From: Tubiluchus corallicola
Taxonomy: Eukaryota; Animalia; Priapulida
Length of the DNA stretch: 64,000 bases
Assembly (NCBI GenBank): GCA_030141605.1
Contig: JAQGDQ010000129.1
Span: 501,549 to 565,548 of the forward strand
Direction: 5' to 3'
The notes under the pieces were generated by a model. It was given only the letters and a program-made list of their open reading frames with translations. It was not told where the DNA came from and did no database searches. Positions 40,108 to 53,526 of the stretch are shown here, piece after piece. The stretch's first letter is position 1. Each line of letters begins with the position of its first letter. A program made the position numbers and the translations under genes.

Positions 40108-43100
40108 ATGGCTCTTACTCTTAGGCCCCATTTTTTTAACTCGGCATGTAGAAAACCTCAGATTTTGGTACTTCGGAACTTTTCGTTGACAAACCAACGA
40201 TGCGGCCGGAAAGAAATGATAGATCGAATCATTCGCGTAGATCATGCAGGTGAAATTGGTGCAGATAGGATATATGCAGGACAACTGGCAGTTTTAGGGA
40301 CAAAACCTGTGGGAAGCACTATAAAGGTTTGTTAAAGTTAATGGACATTATATATTTTATATCTTCTTTCATGATTTCTATGAACAAGTGTTATTTAATG
40401 AACCTTAAAATGCTCTCCCTTTAACTGCTCAATATATGCCTTTAAGCGTTTGATATAAGTATTTTATTATTAAACACAGGCCTAGTGTTTTCCACTTTAA
40501 AATGTTTTTATTAATATTTTATTATTATTATTATAAAATATTATAATATTTTATAAATATTTTTCATTGGCAAGTCAGAGAACATCTGATGTTAACTAGG
40601 TCATTTTGTAGAGTTTTTGTAGACCTTGACTTGCAAAAAGGGGGTGCATCTGCCACTTCTGTCCCACCCTCTCAAGTATACCATTGTTTGTGATTGACCC
40701 AAGATACTTTAAAACACATAGAATTTGTTAGCAATAATGACAGTAGAACTAACTTGCATTTTGCAAAGTAAATAATTTTAAGACACATTTTTTATTTCTA
40801 GCACATGTGGGATCAAGAAAAGCACCATTTAGCCACATTTGAATCATTTATGACAAAGTATGATGCTAAACCTTCAGTTCTCGTGCCACTATGGAATGTT
40901 GTTGGATTTGTATTAGGTACAAATCGTTTACATTTTCTGCATATTCTACAATAGTTTAGCGAATTTTTGAGTATATTAAGTGACTGAGTCTAATAAACAG
41001 TGCCTACTGTATATATTTCTTCTTGAGTTTCCTCCATGTATTCTATTTCTCCTTTTCAAGCAAAATTAACAATTGTAGTTAGAATCACTTTTGTTTTTTG
41101 ACATCCAGTTCATACTTAAATATGTCCTTCATATATGATTTTTTTATTCAGTTCTTTATCGTTTCATGAAATAAATTCATATAATTGTTAAAATCTCACT
41201 AAAATGAATGAAATATGGAAAAAATTGGAACTGGACCTGCGTTTAAACCAAGTACCTTTTAGATTACAAATCTAGTGCCATGACCAGTTAGACAATGCAT
41301 CCCATTTGCATCGGTTGTATATGCTGATAATTTTTCTTGTTTTTTTTACTTCTTGACCGTATGCCTGTACTATAGATTGCCTTTCGTCCTATCGTGGTGT
41401 GCTCCTCTTGCCCTGTTCTGTTTTGTTCTGTCATCTTGTCCTGTCCTCTCATATTGATTCCTGTGCTATCCTGTCTTGCCCTGTTCTCTCCTTGCTCTGT
41501 CGGGTCCTGTACTTTCCTAGTCTTGCCCTATTCTGTCCCATCCATACTTGCCGTGTGTTGTTTTGTCTTATCTACTTCTGTCTTGCGCTATCCTGTCTTG
41601 TCCTGCCATGTCCCGTCTGTGTCATGCCGTTTTCCCCTGTTCTGTTCTTCTTCATCCTGTCCCTACTGTGTCATCTACCCCTGGACTTTTGTGTGCTGTC
41701 TTGTTTTATCTTACCTTTGTATCATATCTTAAGTGTTCTAATAAGTAATTAACTAAAGAAATAAGCATATAGTCTTTGTAACTGTTGATTAAGTACCATT
41801 ACTCTGGTATAGCAAAATCTTTAGTGATGCAACTACCTACATTATATTGAATAGTAGCTCTGATTTAATTAGTTGAACTTCTAAAATGCATCTAAACATT
41901 GTACAGTCACAGCAGTATTCCAAAAAACTTACCACATTACTATTATTGCAGATACTTACCTGTTAATCTGCAAACATCATATAATATTCGAGATTTTACC
42001 ACCTAATGACATTCTCAAAAATTTTTGAAGTAGCACTTTGTTAAAATATTAACAAATAGTTTGGAATGCAACTACACATTAATATCTTATACTTTTAGGT
42101 GCTGGTACAGCTGCACTGGGCTCTGAGGCAGCCATGGCATGTACAGTAGCTGTAGAAGAAGTCATTGGAGAACACTATAATAGGTGTTGTTAACAGATTT
42201 CTATTTTAATTGTAATTTTTCCCTATATTGGTGTCACGTAAATATCATTAGTGTTAATTTCAATCAACTTTTTGAAGTTAAACTGGGCCATAGGAACAGA
42301 AGCATGTCAGAACACAGTCATGGTTTAAACTAAGAATGTTTAGATTGTGCCCAAAGTATTAAACACTAGACCACAAGACTGTGTTCTTAATTCATTTATA
42401 ATAGCTTATCATCTCAATAAACATTTGCAAAATAACACTTTGTTAAATTACTCATGAATAATATTACTTTAGCATGAGTTAAATTAACACTTAGAAGTCT
42501 GGACTGTTGTGAGACTAAGTATTAGGTTGGCCTATTAACACTCCAATGGGCCCAAAGACCTGCATGATCTAGTTGTTAAGACAATTTGGACATGATGTAA
42601 TTCAAAGGACTTAACCAGCTCATTCTTGACCTCTTCACATTTTTTTGAATAAGTTTTGTTTAAAAATTACTTAATTGCTGTTATTTCATTTCCTCAGCTA
42701 AATATGACATTTATTACCACTTACTGTTTTTAAGTTGATTCGTAGGTAATTTGAAACTGTTCACAATCAAGTTTTTTGTTTTTTAACTGAGGTACGTCAG
42801 ATTATTTTGTTGTATTGTATTATTTATTCATTTCATATGTGTCAGTGATTCTAAATGTTGTTATTTTTTTCACAGTCAGATTCGTGAACTAGTCGAAGAC
42901 AATTCTGAGGAAAACAAAGAGCTTTTGGAGGTAATTTGTGTGGTGAAAATATAAACTAGTATTTCTAAGTTCAGTAAAGCAAAAATGAAAGTAAAGTGCA
43001 GTGCAACACATTAGCTTTATCAAGAGTTATATTAATTTTCATTCTAACCTTAGGGTATTTAAATGACCTAAAACCTAAGTGTAACCCTAATCTGCTTCAT

Positions 43101-46100
43101 GAATTGTGTGTGAGGAGCTGTATACTTAACCTATATATGTCTCGAGTGCTAGAGCTAGCTGGGCGTGGGAAAACCACACAGTTTCTGTGAGAAATGAACA
43201 AGGTACTTGCTGCATGAGTTATGGCGTAAAAAAATTTCTTCTTAAAATATTTTGATTTTGTGAACGCAATTTCATAAGTCATTTTCCCTTTTGTCTGCTG
43301 TTTTGACATGTGCTTAAGAGAGGGAGAGTGGAAAGCTGAAAAAAGTTTGAACAGCTGCTATGGACACTTGTGTTAATTAAATTTACACTAGCAAAACATG
43401 GTGATTGTTATCTTGAGATACAGAATACAGTAGTCACCGCTTAATAGACTCACAGTTAATAGACTTAATCGCTTAACTGACTCAAAAACGCCTTGAACAG
43501 GCTGCTTCTATTCAAATATACATAAAAACTATCGGTAATTGACTCAAATAACTTCGCTTAATTGACTCAATATTTCTTTCGTGCATTATATGTGTAGAAA
43601 CAATGATGTTAAGTACCGTTTTATTTGTAAACAGGTACGTTTATCATGCGCTAATATGCTAGCATAGCGGTTTTGCTTTGAATCTGTTACCCGCTCGTCC
43701 ACTGCAATTAATCTCGTTACTCGGTACCACCAACTGCAGTTCAAGCATGCCAAGCGCTAAATGTTTTACAAGAATACGTGCATCACACAGCAACAGATTT
43801 TCAACGTTTTTTTAATTACGAGAACATTGTGAGCCAACTTCTTCGCGAGAAAATGAAGCAGCCAACTTTGAAGGAATTTTTGTAATTTTTGCAAATAAAC
43901 AGACTTGTGTGATTTAGAAAGTATACTCTTTTAATTTATTGTTAATTCACTTATTAAATTAATATTTTAAAATATTTTTTCTAATTTTTAACTACACGAA
44001 GTAATTTAGGCATTACTTCATTTTTAAAGCTGATTAAAATACTTTGCGCTGCATAGTAAGCTGATGACTCATACTTCTGTAGCAGTAATAATACACCCAT
44101 CAATTAATAGGTTCAATCGGTTAATTGGGTCAAAACAGGTTGGTCCCAAAGTGAGTCTATTAAGCGATGACCACTGTATTTATTTGTTGGTATTAGACTC
44201 ATATGAACTAAGATTTATGACAATTACATTTCATTATTGTTCAGAAATACTGGCCAAGAATGAAGGAGTGACAAATCATGATGCATAAACAAAAGGTTAT
44301 ACAGACTACTACGTGGCTTTTCTGTAAAAGTTTGTCATGGTAAATACCTACATGTATCATAAATGCTGTGTTTATTTGTTTATAGACTATCAGCAAGTTT
44401 CGAGATGAGGAATTAGAACACTACGAAACAGGCTTGCATCACAATGCCGAACAGGTTTTCATCATTTAAGATGTTCATTTTTTTAGATTAAAATTATAAT
44501 AGAACTAATTTTTGTGTCACCGTTCTGGTGCATTTCTGACAGAGACCACAGTTGCACTGGAACTGCTAGCTGTAGTTTGCTCAAAGTCAATGGGCAGATT
44601 TTCAATGGAACCAAAGTTCTTATTGCCTCATTTGAAAAAGCTGAACTGCTTGCTCAACCTTTTAATGAAAACTCTAGCATCAGAAATGATGGACACCAGC
44701 TTCCATTATTTCACTCTATGATTCTTGAATCTCTCATTTCTGTACGACACATAAAAAATCCCTCTTATCTTAATATTGGATCTAAGGAAAGCTTCTGGCT
44801 TCCGTGACAGAATTTGACTTCTTTTCTTAAAAGTGCACAAACCCGAAATGTTTTCTATACTATGCTTTTCAACGTCTGCATTATCAATTCATATTTCTCT
44901 CTACATTGAAACTGGTACCCGTTAATTCAAAGTCATACTAAATGAGTATTTCTTATGTTTCTCTAACTACATTTCGCTCTTCTCACTCCACCATTGTGTG
45001 AGGGTTAGTTAATAGTTCTTGACTTCCTAGGCTTTCTATGAAGTCCGGCAGAGAGGCTTCTCCTCAAGCTTAACTCACATGGCATAGCTGGCATACTCTT
45101 TTGTATCTCAGCAACCACATATTACAACTTTATTATGAAGAACAGTCATCTTTTGCATATAAAATATTTCTTAAGTTTTTTTTAGCAATATCTGCTTTGC
45201 TTTTTCTGTTCATCAGTGACCAGCATGGCTTCTTTGCACTTCTGTGTTCTTTGAATTTCATACCTATACTAATAATATTACTTTATACAATGCTTACCAC
45301 AGTGCTTTACTAGACAACTTGTGACTAGAGACATCTCACTTGTTTCAAAGGCATCTTGAATTAACTCTGGACTGTTGCCAAGACTGGCTTGTCTTCTTTA
45401 ATATGAAGAAAATAAATTTTGTATCATTTTTGGCATGGCAATACTATGATGCCTACTAAAAATACGTTCTCTTTTTGAACAAACTTGTTTTGGCTTGCTG
45501 GACCTGGACTATGCTACGTATATAGATATCCGAAAAAGTGTGATTATTTAAGTGATTATTAAGCCTATCATGCTCGAAATTATTTAACTCCTTAAGCTAT
45601 CTTTACAAATCAACAGGATTGCATTGATCAACATAATCATATCAGGACTGGTGCCTCGTTACTGTGTTAACCCACTTGCAAATTTCAAGTACTATTGTCA
45701 ATCTGGTTGGGTTTGATTTGAGGTCAGCCCTGCAGTCCCTTGCTTATTTTAGATTATTTAGTGCATTAAGCCTCTTCTGTCCCTTCTTCTATGGAAGATG
45801 TTCTCAGTACCTCTCATCTCAGCCAATGGCATGTTTAAAGTACTTGTTTTCTTGTGCTAAACATTGTCTAACACTGCTGCTATTTATAAATCCAATTTTT
45901 TTTCAAGCTTCTTATCTGTGCAATTCTCTACTATAAAATTGTTCCTTGAAAATTTTAATCTCAGCCTATTCAAGAAGAACATCAACAACAAATTAGTTAT
46001 ACGGATTATATTTCTGTGGACATGTGTGCCTATACAGTCAAACCTCGTTATAACGCCCCCTTCATAATGCCTACCTCGCTTAATGCCCAAATTTTTCGTA

Positions 46101-47475
46101 AAACATTATATTTGCATAGACATGCATGTATTGATACATCTTGTTGTAATGCCATATTCGCTTAATGCCAACTTTTTTCCTTTTTCCGCAATCTCAAAGT
46201 AGGCGGTGTAAAGGGGTTTGACTGTATTCATTTTTCTACTAAGGCACTTACTCCAAATGGTAACTGACCTAGTTTGGCACGATTTGTGTAAAAACACCCA
46301 CTAACACTCAAGGAGAAACTGAATTGTACTTAAGGCCAAATAACGAAATTTGTTTCCCTTACGCACGTAATTAAGATAAAATAATTGAAGTAAAAGCTAT
46401 AAGATAGTTTAAGTATAACAATAATGCTGTTTTCTACTATGTCTCTGCTAAAAATTTGACCGTTGTTAAATCATTATATAACTATGATTCATTATGACTC
46501 ACAGTCATAGCAAACTGATAGTAATGTAGTTATAAAAGTGTGACTAATGCTGTTTTATATGATGTGATCGATCTTTTTATTTGATTTATGACTATACTGA
46601 TAGAAGTTACTGACTTTTGATTTTAACAAATGCGATATTAATAGTTTTGTTAGCAAGTCTTTGACAATTTGAAATACCAGTACAGTGTTCCCTCACTTGT
46701 TGCGGGTGTTCCGTTCCAGGCCCACCCGCGATAAGTGAATTTCTGCAAAGTAGGGACGCTATACTTATTTTAGTAGTTATACATTATTTTAAGTCTTTAT
46801 AAACCCTCCCCACACTCTTATACATAACCCTTTCCCATTCCCTTAATAACTTTTCCCATACTGTACATGTACCCTTTAAAAAACTTTCCATCAATCAACC
46901 ACTCGTGTTGTGTACATTCTCACGACGGCAAGGAGCATCTCAAGCGTGCGCAAGTACTACATTTCGTTTTTGGTGTGTATTCATCCGCCGAATAAATACA
47001 CTATTTACTGTAAATGGTAATTTTTTAAGATTTATAATATTCTTTTAATGTTAGAACTAATATTTTTAATATATTTTTATACATTTTGTAATTTTTTATG
47101 CAAAATTCATCGAATCTATACATTACTGTACAATACCTACTGCGCATGTGCAAAAATACTTTAGGCGGAGTACAGAAAAAACCGGCGAAACAGCGAAAAT
47201 ACCGCGATAAATATTTTACATTAATATTTTTGAAAACCCGCGAAACAGCGGGTCCGCGATAAACGAACTGCGAAGTAGCGAGGGAACACTGTAGTTTAAT
47301 TCGTTGGCTTGCAGTCTCAATTTTCCCTCTAATGTAAATGAAATGTAATTTGGCTGTTAACAAAGTTAAATATTAAGTTGTTATTTCCAAATTTTAGGCA
47401 CCACTGTATAAAGTCATGTCTGAAGCAATCAAGGTCGGCTGCAAAGGTGCTATCTGGCTTGCAGAAAGAGTCTGA
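40108..47475 (+). CDS. COQ7: 5-demethoxyubiquinone hydroxylase, mitochondrial (COQ7/clk-1), 6 coding exons, 206 aa
   Basis: Exons 40108-40326, 40802-40916, 42099-42183, 42876-42930, 44386-44454, 47398-47475; GT-AG introns, phases match. Motifs [66 protein letters not shown]; Arg-rich, acid-free N-terminal presequence. Confidence 0.96.
41385..41720. repeat. degenerate pentanucleotide (TCCTG/TCTTG)n tract
   Basis: Direct reading; explains three overlapping Cys/Leu-rich ORFs. Confidence 0.8.
43428..44176. mobile_element. pogo/Tigger-like MITE (749 bp) in COQ7 intron 4
   Basis: TA|CAGTAGTCACCGCTTAATAGACTCAC ... GTGAGTCTATTAAGCGATGACCACTG|TA; subterminal taa.tgactca repeats. Confidence 0.85.
44520..45995 (+). 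mobile_element. heavily degenerate CR1/Jockey-group LINE relic in COQ7 intron 5
   Basis: Fragments [45 protein letters not shown] and [12 protein letters not shown] occur in LINE ORF2 order. Confidence 0.6.
46035..46224. mobile_element. short Tigger-like MITE (190 bp)
   Basis: TA|CAGTCAAACCTCGTTATAACGCC ... GGCGGTGTAAAGGGGTTTGACTG|TA. Confidence 0.8.
46683..47291. mobile_element. pogo/Tigger-like MITE (609 bp)
   Basis: TA|CAGTGTTCCCTCACT ... AGCGAGGGAACACTG|TA; subterminal ccgcga repeats. Confidence 0.85.
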
Positions 47476-50400
47476 CAGCAACCCATAGCTGTTAAAATGC
47501 TGTGTACTGTACTCACGTTTGATAGCGCCCTTCTTAGCCTTTGACAGTATTTACTAGAGATTTCTTTTCAAGACCCACTGTCTTTCAATGCATCTTAAAA
47601 CTGCCTCAATATATTAGTGGATAGTTACACTAGCTGAAACTGTTAATTAATAGTTGCAGGCATTAATAAAAAAAATTATGGGAAAAGAATGTATATAAAA
47701 GAAGAAATTTCTAAATTTGGCAATATAATAATTATGTAACTATATTATGAAATTTTGCTTTGCAACTTCTGCATGACGAGGAGGAAATAAATATATTGTT
47801 ATGCTTGTGTCAGTATGTACTGATGTTTGGATAACTTACATGCTTGCATAGCTGGTTGATTTTTAAATATGTATTTTTTGCAATTTATTTTCAGTTGTGA
47901 CTTGCTAAATTTGTTACATAATTACAACCACTTGGTATTGTGCAAATAGACGAAATATAAATTTATGCAGAAAAAGTGACAATTACTGTGTGTATGTAAA
48001 AAATGTAGTGTTTTTTGCAAGTTTTCTTTTACAGCAGATTCGCATAAACATGATGTTAAGCTTGCAGCATAGTTATTGTTTTTTGTACTAGAATTGACCC
48101 AATTGTAAGTTGTAATGATCAAGCTGTCAATATTTATAAGTTAATAACACCTAACAAAGTTGGCAACCATAAAATTATCTATTTTATGAAACTTTTATCT
48201 ATCCATTTGTTTGCCCATCTGTCGCCACTCTTTCTTGACTATGGAGTAATGATGGAAAGTGATACTTAGCATACAGGTGATGCATGGCTCAGACACGGAG
48301 CCTAAAATTTGTAGGTCAGTCGGTGCAGATTTGGATTCTTTACAGTTTTTTAAAGATTCATGTATAACAAATCATACTGTAGTCTGCCTATATAGCCAAA
48401 CGAATTATGGCTGATTAGCAGGGTATCAGATAACAACATTCAGTAACTCAGGTATTTTAATTTCACCCCTGACGATATGATATGGTGGTTGTAGGTGTTT
48501 TTCACAGAGATTAGTATCATTTCAAATTGAAAATTATGGGTATGTACTGTTTCGTATTTCGTTTACTGTGGGCTTATGGACATCGTTATGGGCAATTTTC
48601 AACCCACGCGCATTGTAACTCGGAGACGTTTAAAGTTTTTTCCATTAAAATTAATCTTTCAGTTCTGTCTGTTGACTCAGATTATGCTGATTTCATTGGG
48701 GTAACTATGCTCCTTTACTTACGGCTCTCTAGTGACGGCTACTGACGGAGTTAAGTAAATAAGTGCAGCTATGATGTATACACACATACAATAAATGTTA
48801 TTACGTAAGATTTAGATAATTTATTTCATTAAAAGATTAGCGCCGTAACTATGTAACTCTACTCTGTGTCACCAAATGGCTACAATTCAATGTCATTCTG
48901 TATGGATAAACTATATGTATATGCTTAAATAAGCTGCCTTCAGCGTGCAAACCCGTATCTATCAGCCTGTTGTCAAAGAATAACAAACAGGCACTATGTA
49001 GAATATGCTCCTTCATGACTGATTTGTTCTACTTTTTGCACATAAAAGCATAAATTTTCTAACTACACACAGTACTACTTTTTTAAAAGCGCTTCAGTCA
49101 CAAGTCATTCTTCTCAGGAAGCCAGTAATCTTGTCAATCGTGTAACGTGTACAATATTGTAAAACTTTCGGGAATTCTGAGTTTAGGTCTAACACACGAA
49201 GTTTGATAAAAGCATTTAGCCACCATCACACTCATTCCCCTCATGGCTGGTAACTATCTGTAAACCAATTACAGAAAAGTCTGAAGAAAAATGTTGAAAT
49301 AAGAGGCCACCGTTCCAGGCCACAAAGCTCCTCCGCTATTCATAAATCGATTTGGGTCGCACGGACGAATTCAAACTGATTGATACCAGACGTTAGCGTT
49401 CATACACGAGTCGCTTTTCTGCAAATAAACTGATCATGTAGACGAGTTTTGGCAGTAGTATGGGTTTTGCCGAAATTCTAAAAAAATATTTTATCGTATG
49501 TTATATTATTTCATTTTATTTATTTCGTATTTTATTTTACGTTACCGGCATAAAAAGATGTCAGCACGTTTACAATAATAATTATAACGGCGAACCCGTA
49601 TCTTCTATTTTATTTATTTAATTTTTTTATTTAAACTTCTCTAGTTAATCTGTATAACACTTGAATTTGTATTACTGAAAGAAAACTTCTTCAGGCTGGT
49701 GAGATTACAAAAATTTAGAATCGTTTTGCGTACGCGTAAATCAAAACATCCGATTTTTGTTTTAGTGGTAAGTTTAAATCTACACTACATGTAGTTAACC
49801 GTTATACTTGTTAAGAAAATGTCGGATCGAATTGACCATCGGTTTTTGTTCAAGGACTTCTAAAAAGGTGTTTTATATGCGCTTATGTGCAAATACCAAC
49901 AGCTATCTAAGTGCCTAGCTTCAATTAACAATGAAAGCAAAAGCGACCAATCATTAAAAATGTGTACGTTGCATGTTATTTTTTACATTGTAACTATTTT
50001 TATAAATTAGATCGTTATAAAATGAACTACGATTGATGATGCGGCATACGACACCAGTCTTTTCCATATCCACTGTATACAACGTACATGCTCTTGCTTT
50101 TGTAAGCGGCTACGTTTTATTTCACGCCATTAACTACAACTTTAAAATTATATTACCGCCATAACGCAATTCACTAAAGAAAGGCAACACGGATTTCGGG
50201 ACTCGTTTCGCTTTGGCTTCATTTCTACTTCTTACGAAGAGTGATGATTACGCGAACATTGCGAAATGTGAAATCTCAAAGGCACAACAACAGCCATTAC
50301 ACTTAATGAAGCATCATAATGTGCACTATATAAGGGAGCAAATTAGCGGCAACGGTTCTTTTCGTAAAGAACATTAAAATTATTATTTGCTCTAGTACTT

Positions 50401-51312
50401 ATTGGGTAACGGAAACGGCAACGAGCTACTGCGTAATGGCAAAGTGTAGTAATTGCGCTTTATAAATCGACTACGTTCGTTAGAATGTTTTAATGGTGAG
50501 AAATATTATTAAGAAATTGTACACGCATGAGCATGACGATGCATTGAGATGTTTATTTTTGTGCAATAAAATTACCATGTACGCCTAACTTTGCTGTTTC
50601 ATGAAAACAAGCAGTAGCGTATTCCAAAATCCAAAAGATGCAAATAATAAATTAAATAATGTGAATAAATTGAATTAAAGTGAATAATAATAATAAAGCT
50701 TCCTGCCAAATATCCTGAAAATTATTTAAAATTTTCAAGATAAACCATTTCTATTTACACTGTTTGTGTTTCGGATTGCTTCCTAATAAACTAAATAGTA
50801 AACTCGATGTTTTCTATGATGATAACACGTGCATACAAAATTTTGTGGCATACTTTAATTGCATCATCTGATTATGCAAACAATAGCGCCATTTTCGTTA
50901 CAACCGGGTGTATGGAAAAGGTACCCAGAAGAACAATCACTGTGAAAATTTTGCAGATTGCCTTACTCCGTGCTTCAATTCTCTTCTAACTTAGATGCAC
51001 ATTGCGATTAGATTCGAAGAGAGAGCAGTCTGGCTTCAGGCGCATTTGAGACACTTAAGCTTTTCTCGAGGAAAAGCGTCTGTATGAAAACAAACAGTGT
51101 TTTGGTTGGTGCGTCCCGATGCTCAGACTCAATGGTGCAGCTGCAGTTTTATTGATTTCGCATAAAATTCCAATTTATTCTTCATGCTTCTAATACATCC
51201 CTCTGCAGTGACTCTCAACTCACAATGGGATGCGCTGACCTAATCAGTGGTATAGTGAGAATGTAGTGAAGGAAGTATGCGAAGTTTAGTTTGTCAGTAG
51301 ACTACACTATAA

Positions 51313-53334
51313 ATGATGTACCAACGCGCTAAGGGATCCAAGTTTGAAATCCACTATTTTCCGTCGAATATGTTCTATCCAGGACAAACACTAAACGGTG
51401 AAGTGTTTTTGGAATTGCAACAAATGCTTAACATTTCGGGTATGTTTTACTAATTAAAAATTTCATTATTTTTGTTTGATGTTAGTAACATTTCTAGTTA
51501 AAGTCATCAGCGAATGTTTAATCGCTCTTTCGTTAAGTTAGTAATATGTTCAGTTGATATTTTGTCTTGTTTAGTTATTCTACCTTAATGCACTCATACT
51601 ACACATTCATCTTGGTATTTGATACAAAAACATGGCTTAATTACGTTTAAAAGACATTGGTATTTCTTGATGTGCAAAGTTTTTGATATTCTCCAATACT
51701 AATACAGTATCTTTCCTGAAAACATCTCTAAACAAAATTTAATTGTTTACACAAGTAAGCTTATCTTAAAGTATATGAAATGACTTAATCGTTATGAATA
51801 GAAGCTGATTCTCCTGAATCCGTTTTGGTTCGCTATAAAATTCTCGGCCTGAGGCAATACGTATCGTATCGACATGAGATCGTAAATGAAATCGTGCTGG
51901 CTTCATTGGCTTGCAAAGCAACAATTGGCATCCTAATGCTATTGCTTTCATTGTATACTGTTTCCTCATCGAGATACGATGTTGGATGGGTATATAATAA
52001 CATTTGCTGAGTGTTTACCTCTAATGAGCTTAGGGACTGGGTAGGAAACAGGAAAGCAGGCTTAGTGATACGCATAGCTACAGAAATGCATTCCATTCTG
52101 AAGTACGTTGTGTGGCATGTGTGGTCAGCTGATGTTACTGAGTAGGAAATTGCACACATGTTCAAATCATGTTTGCTGCAGAAATATTGTACTGCTAAAG
52201 AATTTTCTTCTTCTATTGTATATTTACTATTAACCTAAAGCAATCCTATATCTGTAAAATTAATATACATTTAAGTTACTAGTAGTTTAAATCTGTTTTA
52301 CCCGTGTAATGTTTGTTTTCTTCTGAAAGGAAACATTTATTATAGGCTGTGATTCACATTGTGAATTGTTTCAAATTAGTCTCTGACACGGATACAAGAA
52401 ATTTTCACAGGTGAAGCTGTAGTATTAAATGTTTGCTTTCTGGATCTGCTCAGGCTGATCTATTGGCTTCATGGATTCGCCCAGGCGGATTTGTCAAGGT
52501 GCTAGCCATTAGCAGTACAAACAACTCAGCACGCTGAGTCAGGAAACCAGAATGAGGAGAAGGAATATGATATGTGTGTCGAATGAAATGAATGACTTGT
52601 TCAAGGATGAACCCATTTCTGTATACCCGATAGATAATGTATGTAGGATGCTGTGCGTGTATACCAAGAAACCATAAACGTAAGACAAGCGGGCCTGATT
52701 AGTGAATGCATGTGACAAGTAATTAGTTTTAATTACGTTGTTGCATGCACTCAATTAAATAATGATTATGGTGGTGGTGGTGGTGATGGTGGTGGTGGTG
52801 GTGGTGGTGGTGGCGGTGGCATAGGCGGGGTAGTGGTCTTGGCGGCGCCAGTGATGATGCCATCATGATGGTGGATGGTGGCAGTGTAGAAGTGACAGTA
52901 GCGGCGTTGGAGGTTATGGTAGCGATATGATGGTGGTAGGTGGTGGTGCTGGTGCTGGTGGCGGTGGTGGTGGCATCGGCGCCCATGGCGGAGATGTGAT
53001 GCTGATAGTGATAATGATAATGATTACGATAGTGATAGTGGGCGGTCAGTGATAACGGTGTTATTGTGGTGGTGGTGATGGTGGTAGTGCTGCTGCTTGT
53101 GGTGGTTTAGGCAGCGTCAGCGATGAAGGGGAAGAAAAAGATGATAAGCAAGATGATAATGATCTGATTGCACAATAAAGGCCGATTGATGACGTGGTTT
53201 GTACAATATGTGAGTACTTAAAAATACTGGTACAGGTAATAGAAAACAGCCCCAACCATTCTTCCTCGTCTTCAGGAAATAAAAAAGCTTTATCCATTGC
53301 ATCATGTGGCATACAAAGTAAAATACACATTTAA

Positions 53335-53389
<55 letters not shown>

Positions 53390-53476
53390 CCACAGTAACA
53401 ACAGCAGCAGCAACTGCAGTGGTTGAAGTAAAATACATGGATGACGACACACTTTTTTATTAATGACAATGATCAC

Positions 53477-53526
<50 letters not shown>

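Noticed and set aside
41230-41300. tRNA-like sequence on the minus strand (similar traces near 17035, 42320 and 58560)
   Set aside because: A/B boxes and stems are too degenerate for a tRNA gene; at most eroded SINE heads.
51478-51513. CTGATGA...GAAA on the minus strand with a good stem III
   Set aside because: Stems I and II do not pair, so it is not a hammerhead.
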